DNA of 60,324 bases, the filler included, from Sluysia triapertura (Eukaryota): the NCBI GenBank assembly GCA_046118255.1. It is 5 parts of 5 records of this genome, joined end to end, with 100 filler letters (N's around TTAATTAATTAA, not from the genome) between each part and the next. Parts side by side here need not be neighbours in the genome. Positions count along the whole stretch, not along the records: positions 49,285 to 60,324 come from JBJNIA010189753.1; 4 more parts are not named here. The stretch is one strand, 5' to 3'. A program made the translations under genes and the position numbers. How positions within the stretch are numbered: the first letter of the stretch is position 1; each line of letters opens with the position of its first letter. This document shows, piece by piece, positions 53,455 through 60,324 of the stretch. Under the pieces are notes generated by a model. The model searched no databases. It worked only from the letters and a program-made list of their open reading frames with translations, and had not been told where the DNA came from.

Positions 53455-55090
53455 ATGTAATCGATAAAGAATGCAATATTAATCGTATCAAATGACTCCG
53501 ACGAAAATTTCCAAGGTAAAAGGCGAGAAACCGAACAAGTTTCAAATGTTTACACCATATCATCCTTTTGTAATAATAAGAAAACTAACATTCAAATAAC
53601 TACTCTTTTCGATGTTTTCGGATATAATCTATATAATTTTCGCAGTACTTTACAGAATCAGAATAGCTATAATGAAAATTCACGTAGCGTAGACGAAGAT
53701 AGTTTTTATTGTGTGACACGTAGAATGAATGTTCATAAAGAAGATAAAACTGGAAATTATAGTGAAACACCGGTAATGAATAATAAGGAAAGCAATAGAT
53801 TTTATCGATTTAGTTAATAGTCGAAATCTAACAAAATTAACTAGTCCGATTGCCACATCTATGATATTATTTTCAAAACATTCTTTACTTCTTATCAAAC
53901 TACAAAAAAAATTAACGATTGAACTAGTTCAACAAAAAGCTGATCAAATGTCCCAAATCATGAACGAACAATTTTTCAGTGAAAGTATACTCAAAGTCGA
54001 ATTAGTTAACCATCAAGACACAAATTTAGACAGAAGTAAACAGATCATATACAATCGACATGACGTGTTAAGAAACTATAAAATTAAACTATTTCATCAC
54101 TGTCTGTCAAGGCGACCAAAGGCTAGCACCATGATACAAAGAAATGTAATCAATTTATCTCCAGATAGAGCGATGCCTTATTTTAGATTAGTATTAAAAA
54201 TTAACGAAGCAGATAATGTCATGATCTAACTCTATAAGCTCACTATAAACAAAATTTGGTATACAATCAATCATAATTTAGAAACGTGTTTCAAATCATC
54301 AAAAAGGATAGACATGCTAATCTGTCTTATCATATTACAAATTAATGGGATCAACTTGATACTACAACGTCAACAATCTACGATGTCATCAACAGTCAAT
54401 CAAGAGTACAACTTAATCATGAAGATAATAAATCTATGCGAATTTAAGGATGAGACTTTTTGCAATAAGTTGTCGGTTGTAAGTCCTTATTACATATTTT
54501 TATCGATTTATATTTTAGATAATGAATTTAACGAATGGATTACTGGAAGTCAACAAGAAGTAGTAATGCAAAAAAAATCAAGGAAGAGAAAACTTATCTA
54601 TAAAATTTCAAAATATTTTTTCTTGTAATAAATTTGTTGTGTTAAAAAATTTTATATTTATTTTAAATAACTTAAACTTATTGTCTCGAAAAGAAAGAAT
54701 TTTATGTTAATACTTAGTATGTCCGAAAAGAACGAGTTCGAAACATAAGTCGTTAACATTTAATGATTTCAAGGAGGAAACTAAATTTAGACATAAATTC
54801 ATGCATAACATTCATAATGATGTTTGACCCTGTGATCCTTCACAAACTTTTATCAAATTATATTATTATCATTATTAAATTAACTGTAACACAACTTGAG
54901 ATTCTGAAACCAAGCATTAAGTCTTTATTTAATTTTAATTTATTAAAAACGTCATTAATTAAGAATTCAGAAATCTCAACATAAAACAACACCCACTCCA
55001 AAATACCGGCCAACAAACTTACATTTTTAATAAGTAACAAATCAAGTAACGAACTTTATGAACAAACAATACAAAATTGGAAAACGAATG
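53455..55090 (+). pseudogene. Decayed long ORF downstream of leader B
   Basis: ATG-TAA at 53455, then 118 open codons (53461-53814), then same-strand fragments 53861-54229, 54314-54628 and 54763-54984. Confidence 0.55.
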
Positions 55091-55400
55091 AGATTCTTTT
55101 TAATTAGTTTTACCATTTTCGTTTACAGTTACTACAGTTATTAATGTCTTAATGTGCCTTACGAAACTAAACATAGAAAATTATTGTGAAATAAGAATAA
55201 CGCAAAATTCCATTTATAAAATTCTCAGGTGAAATAATACTAAAAATACCTGGAAAGTTAAATACATAAGTACATAATAAATACATACAATTTTTAGATA
55301 GGATCAACATTTCGAATGGCCTGTAATTGGTTCCTATTTATAGGTTATCCATTTCAATATTGGTCCAATAAGTAGATTAAACAAATGATTCCTTTTATAA

Positions 55401-55885
55401 TTAACACGCTGAATAATTTGTAAAAACAGCGATTGACGTTTTTCGATTCATTTCATTATCTTCTTCAATACAAACCATCAAATTAAAAATAATTTTAGAG
55501 TAGCAAACGAAACGGCAATGATAATTAACATACATCAGATACTTCGAAGAATTTTTCAAAAAATACGTCTTTATTTCTTCTTTATACAAATTCCAAAATT
55601 TTAGTTGTACATTCAGGACCTTCAGATATTTCCCCATCATAAAGCAATTCAAGATTTTCAATCTGTTTTCACAGATTTTTTCTTTTAAGATGACTTTCGA
55701 TAAGTTGGAACTCATAATTCAAAGCGTTTTCCATTCGTTCTCTGTGATATGTTCATTTAAATTTTCCAAAATGCTAACAGTACGCGGAATTAAATTTTCG
55801 AATACTATCAAACGTCCAAATTCTACATCTTCTCTCATTTCGGTAATCGCTTGCATAATTTGACTTCCGCATACACTATTTGTTC
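55401..55885 (-). pseudogene. Frameshifted unknown ORF
   Basis: MQAITEMREDVEFGRLIVFENLIPRTVSILENLNEH... continuing in shifted frames. No family recognised. Confidence 0.25.
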
Positions 55886-56709
55886 ATATTTGTAAGTTAA
55901 ATAAAGATCTCTTGTGATATTTTAACTGAAAAGTATCATTTAAGATTAACAGTGAAAATAAATCAGAAAATAAAATTACACGAAATAACGCGAAAATCAC
56001 CAGGCTAAGAATGACAATGTCCGAAAACAGTAGAATTAATTATTATAATTAGTATAATTAGTTATTATAACTTTAATATAGAGTAAATTTTATTATGAAT
56101 TTTTATAATTTGTAATTTTATGATTTGTAATGAATGAATGGTATAATGATATATGAATGATAATAAAATTTACTGTTTGTAATTTGGATGTAGTATATTA
56201 TAAGGCTTGTAGTTTATATTGAGTGGAATAAGATGGCGATGTTAAGTATAACTTTAGGTATGAATTTATGTGTGAGAGGAGTAACAAAACTATCGTGTGT
56301 GGTTGGGACACTGTAGCAATGACACTAAACCCAAGTTATTTGATAAATTTGATTTAATTTAAAAAGGTATGGTTCAAATAAAATATGTAAACTTACTGAT
56401 TGGTTATTTATTACTTATTTATAGTTTATCTTTTATCTGGTAATTTAATTTATTTTTACTAAAAATATCTACCTTTGAAAATTATTTATTCTTTATTACG
56501 AAAATTAAATCGATCAAATTAAACTATTAATTATTAAATAAATTATTTAATTATTATCAAATTAAATCATTAGAACGATGTCATCCGAAAATCAAATGAT
56601 ATAATCATATAGAAAATGATTAAACAAGAAATTAATATAACAATTATTAATGAAATTAACAATATATTTTATTTAAATTTAAACTTTTACATGTTGTATT
56701 CATAATGAT

Positions 56710-56876
56710 TCAAAATCCATTCAATAGTAAATTCGATAAGATAACTCAGTTCAAATTCGTTCAATAACAAATTCCATACAATTCACATTCAAATATAATA
56801 TGATAAACCAGTTCAAAATCCGTTCAATAATAAATTCAATATAGTAAACTAATCGATACATGATAATCCATTCTAA
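56710..56876 (+). repeat. Degenerate tandem repeat TCAAAATCC(A/G)TTCAATA
   Basis: Three to four imperfect units; some translate as QNPFNxKF. Confidence 0.55.
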
Positions 56877-57699
56877 AGTATAATAAAATGGTTTCATCGT
56901 TTAAAAAATTTTGTATGTTTACATATTATCGACAACACTGTTTTATATAGTGTATTCTACCAATATTATATTATGGCCAATTAATTTTTCAATTACATTC
57001 TATAATAACTATTCTGCAGTTAAATTTAATTATTTTCTACAGTTAAATAATTTAAGTCTTAAAATATTCTCGTTTAACTTTGTATTAACTTTACATTCAA
57101 ACAATCAAAGTTGTTATTTTATAAACATTAAATTCTTCAACCTGAAAAACCTGATCAAACTTGCGCAGTCATTCACCATGATAAAACGTGAAGATAATCT
57201 AATATTCAGTTCGTATCTGAACTATATATAACTTAGTAACGTCTCGATAAATTCGAATAAGATTCGACTATCACAATTCGAAATACAATTTGCATATAAT
57301 TTTTATTTATTTATGATTTAACAATAAATAGTTCGTCGAGTTCATAAAAGTGACATTTATCAATTAACAGTAGTTGAAAAATACACAATTGTTAATTTTA
57401 TCTTGATAATTCGTAAAAGCAAACATAATTGTAATATAAAATATTATTTCAAGTTCAAACATCATTAAAATTCAATAGCATCGTTAAATGATAATTTAAC
57501 ATGAATAAAAAGTGTTACATTCACTTTCTAAAATATAGAGTGCATGATAATTTATACTATTTATCATCTATTTAAATCCGGATTGATTACCGAAGTAAAT
57601 CTTTACAACAATAAAATAGCAGGCGAGCATAAAGGGACAGTCTATATCGATTAATTCCACTTGTGAGTTTGAATTTAGATATCAAATGTAGCTTCATTA

Positions 57700-57910
57700 C
57701 TTCCTTTATTTTGGAAATTTGATAAATCCTATGACAGTAAGCAGACATTCTCTTCTTCAGTACAACCAGCCAAATATGCTTCCATTTTTGAAATTTTGAA
57801 TCTTATATCATTTGATATTCTAATGTCATCAATAGTTGTAGTTACAATGCGATCTTTATCAACAATATAAACAATGAGTTTACTACTTTCAAAATCATTT
57901 ATCGATTTTA
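57700..57910 (-). pseudogene. Possible Tudor-domain remnant
   Basis: KLIVYIVDKDRIVTTTIDDIRISNDIRFKISKMEAYLAGC loosely follows the extended-Tudor VxFVDYG...LR...F...A pattern, then stops. Confidence 0.25.
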
Positions 57911-58769
57911 AAAAAATTATATCATTATAAAAAATGATTTATTTTTTGATAATTCTTATTAATTTTTTATTAATTAAAATAATGAAAATAATTAGTAATT
58001 AGTAATTGTGGAAAATCATTAATTAGTACTGATAAAATTGTTAAAATAAATATAATTTTATTGTAGGTGTTAGCGCTAATAAAAGTGATGATAATGATAG
58101 TTGAAGAATGATAAAATGAAAGAATAACAAAGATATAAAAAGAATTTAGAAAAATGTAAATATCGGAATGCTAAAACCAAATTTCTAAAAAATAAAAGCA
58201 TGTCAGAATTAACGTCTAACAGAAATAATAATAATCAATTAAGAAGTTTACTACCTAGATACTTATTTCTTCATTTGTTTGACAAATTTTCAGTTAATTA
58301 AAAGTCAAATAGGAAGGGATAATTTTACTGTTCAAAAGATATTACAAAGCTGAAATATCTAAGATGTTTGTTTTGGTTATTTAAGTTTTTCTGTATTTAA
58401 TACCGACTTAAAATCTGCGTAATTTCACATTGACATTCTTTGGACATTTTAAAATATCCGTAAAATTATACTAAAATTATAATTTAGATTAATTTAAAGA
58501 ATAAATTTAAATTATAAACTTTGTGCAACAATCAAATAATTATCTCTGATCACTTATTTATTAACCTGATTAATTGTTATGCAGTATTCCATAAAGAAAT
58601 TATTTAATTTTGTTAAATTCCCAAACGATTAAAATAAACGCGTAAACGAGAATAAATTTTATAGCTTTATTTTCATAGAAGCTATCTATTTTGTAAAGTT
58701 TTTTCACGTCGGTTTAAGTACGACAATAAAATCTTATTTTTCGTCCTAGTTTAATAAAGGACTGAAATA

Positions 58770-59262
58770 CCGGGTGGTCGCTAGAAAAGCGTAACAGCTG
58801 AGATCATGAATAAAATGCATACTTACTCATTTCTATTTTCATTTGTTTTAGGTTCTATTTGATATCCATATCATGGAAGGAAACCGGAAACAGCTTTCAG
58901 ACTTTCAAAGGCAAGAGATTATTCGTTTCAAAAGTGAAAATCCGACTTGGGTTCTGACAAAATGTCTAACTGTTCACCAACTTTTTTTTCAACGATTACA
59001 AGGCATCAGTTTAATAATGTTGCAACTTTGAAATAAGAAGGTCCTAAAGCAGCTGGAACAGGCCTAAAGAAACTACAGTGAAAGATTTGGTTGTTTCACC
59101 TTGCGACACGGTGCAATGAATAGACGTCATTTCAGTCAACGAGAAATCGCTTGACATCTCAATATATCGAAAAAATCACTGTTTGAAATTCTCAAAGAAA
59201 GTGAACCGAAATGTAATCCCCTTAGTGAGTGACATCAGGAAATGCGAAAAAACTAGCCGAAG
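58770..59262 (+). mobile_element. Tc1/mariner-superfamily element: left TIR and disrupted transposase N-terminus
   Basis: TA|CCGGGTGG terminus. MEGNRKQLSDFQRQEIIRFKSENPTW (ATG 58873), RPKETT, FSQREIA*HLNISKKSLFEILKE and PLSE*HQEMR. Confidence 0.75.
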
Positions 59263-59958
59263 CTAGAAAAGCAACACTAACGAGATAACAAAACTCAATC
59301 AGAACCTATATTACTTTGATAAGGCCGTAAGATTAGTGCTTCTTAAGTATTCGACCTTTTAAATTATTAAAAACAATTGTAACTGTAGGTTTTCATTGGG
59401 AAACCACATCATAATAGTCGACTTTACATCATAATATGACTTTACAACTATTGCATATATTCATTTTTCTTTTATTCTGATTATTTTATAATTATTCTTC
59501 TGTAATTATTATTACTCTTAATATATTATTTATATTAGATCTGGTGGCATGTATGATATAAAACTCAAAAAGGTTTCACAAGTTTAAAGATGTACAATCA
59601 TGTGCAAGAAGAGGTTATTGAAATGTAAGGTTACGAGGTATTTGATTAAAGGGAAAGTTTTAAGAAATGATAAATCAATATAAACTTGCATGTAAAATTA
59701 AAACGTAAAAAAATTCAGATAATTTATCATAATTAATTAAAACTAAATTTATTGCTTGTTTCACGACAAAATATATCATCGTATTTATTTTCATAGAATA
59801 CTTTTAGTACTGTTTGATTAAGAGGAGGTTAAACAGAAGTTATAGTACACCAATACCTCGATTTGCATTTTTTCGAAATTGCGCCGCTGCTTAATTAGTT
59901 ATAATTTTCACTATGCGTCGTTAGATTTTCGAGATTGCGTTTTTTTGGGTTCGACTCT

Positions 59959-60255
59959 TTAATATTGTGGGATTTTAATGTTTATTATTTTTTTCATGTT
60001 GTTGTTAAAATCAGGATTAAATTTTAATTTGTATTTATCTTTACAAATTATATGATTAAGTTTTATTAAAATCTTTTGATTTAAAATTTGTACATTTAAT
60101 CCAATTATTGCATTTTCTTTATAGAAGAAAAGCAAAGACAAAATTTTATTTGAGAAATTTTGATTTTGATACTTCGCTCTTATGTATGATTCTTCTTGTT
60201 TCACCTTCCAATAAAAAATAATAATAAAAATAATAGATAACACTAAGGATATCAA
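59959..60255 (-). CDS. Possible exon of a membrane protein
   Basis: Hydrophobic stretch VLSIIFIIIFYW after a candidate 29-nt GT-AG intron. The upstream frame contains stops. Confidence 0.2.
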   Translation of the reverse strand: MISLVLSIIFIIIFYWKVKQEESYIRAKYQNQNFSNKILSLLFFYKENAIIGLNVQILNQKILIKLNHIICKDKYKLKFNPDFNNNMKKIINIKIPQY

Positions 60256-60324
60256 AGTTAAAATTATTTACCTTGATGTTGTGGTCCATTAGAATATTAT
60301 CAGACGAAGTATTAGAGATAACTA

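Overview
This is AT-rich eukaryotic DNA, apparently from an animal, and it is not one contiguous locus. Four identical 100-bp spacers (44 N + TTAATTAATTAA + 44 N) join five pieces: 1-14536, 14637-26420, 26521-37830, 37931-49184 and 49285-60324. The genes have very short GT-AG introns of about 30-90 nt. Recognisable genes are a PH-domain gene, an SLC35A-type nucleotide-sugar transporter exon, a single-exon K50 homeobox gene, a truncated tetraspanin and an ILVBL exon. Decayed copies of presenilin, TCTP and CARM1 are also present. Transposon debris is abundant: Tc1/mariner, pogo/Tigger, piggyBac ends, two 72-bp MITEs, Ty3/gypsy gag-protease and L2-like LINE pieces. The most unusual region is 50.3-55.1 kb, where two tandem modules each start with the same double-hairpin leader showing compensatory base changes. 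The first leader precedes an intact, intronless 494-aa ORF I cannot assign to a family, closed by a 3' hairpin. The second precedes a decayed ORF. This is a candidate uncharacterised mobile or virus-derived element family. The tiny introns and low GC suggest a compact-genome invertebrate such as an orthonectid-like parasite, but that is inference only. All protein assignments come from manual translation and recalled motifs, not database searches.
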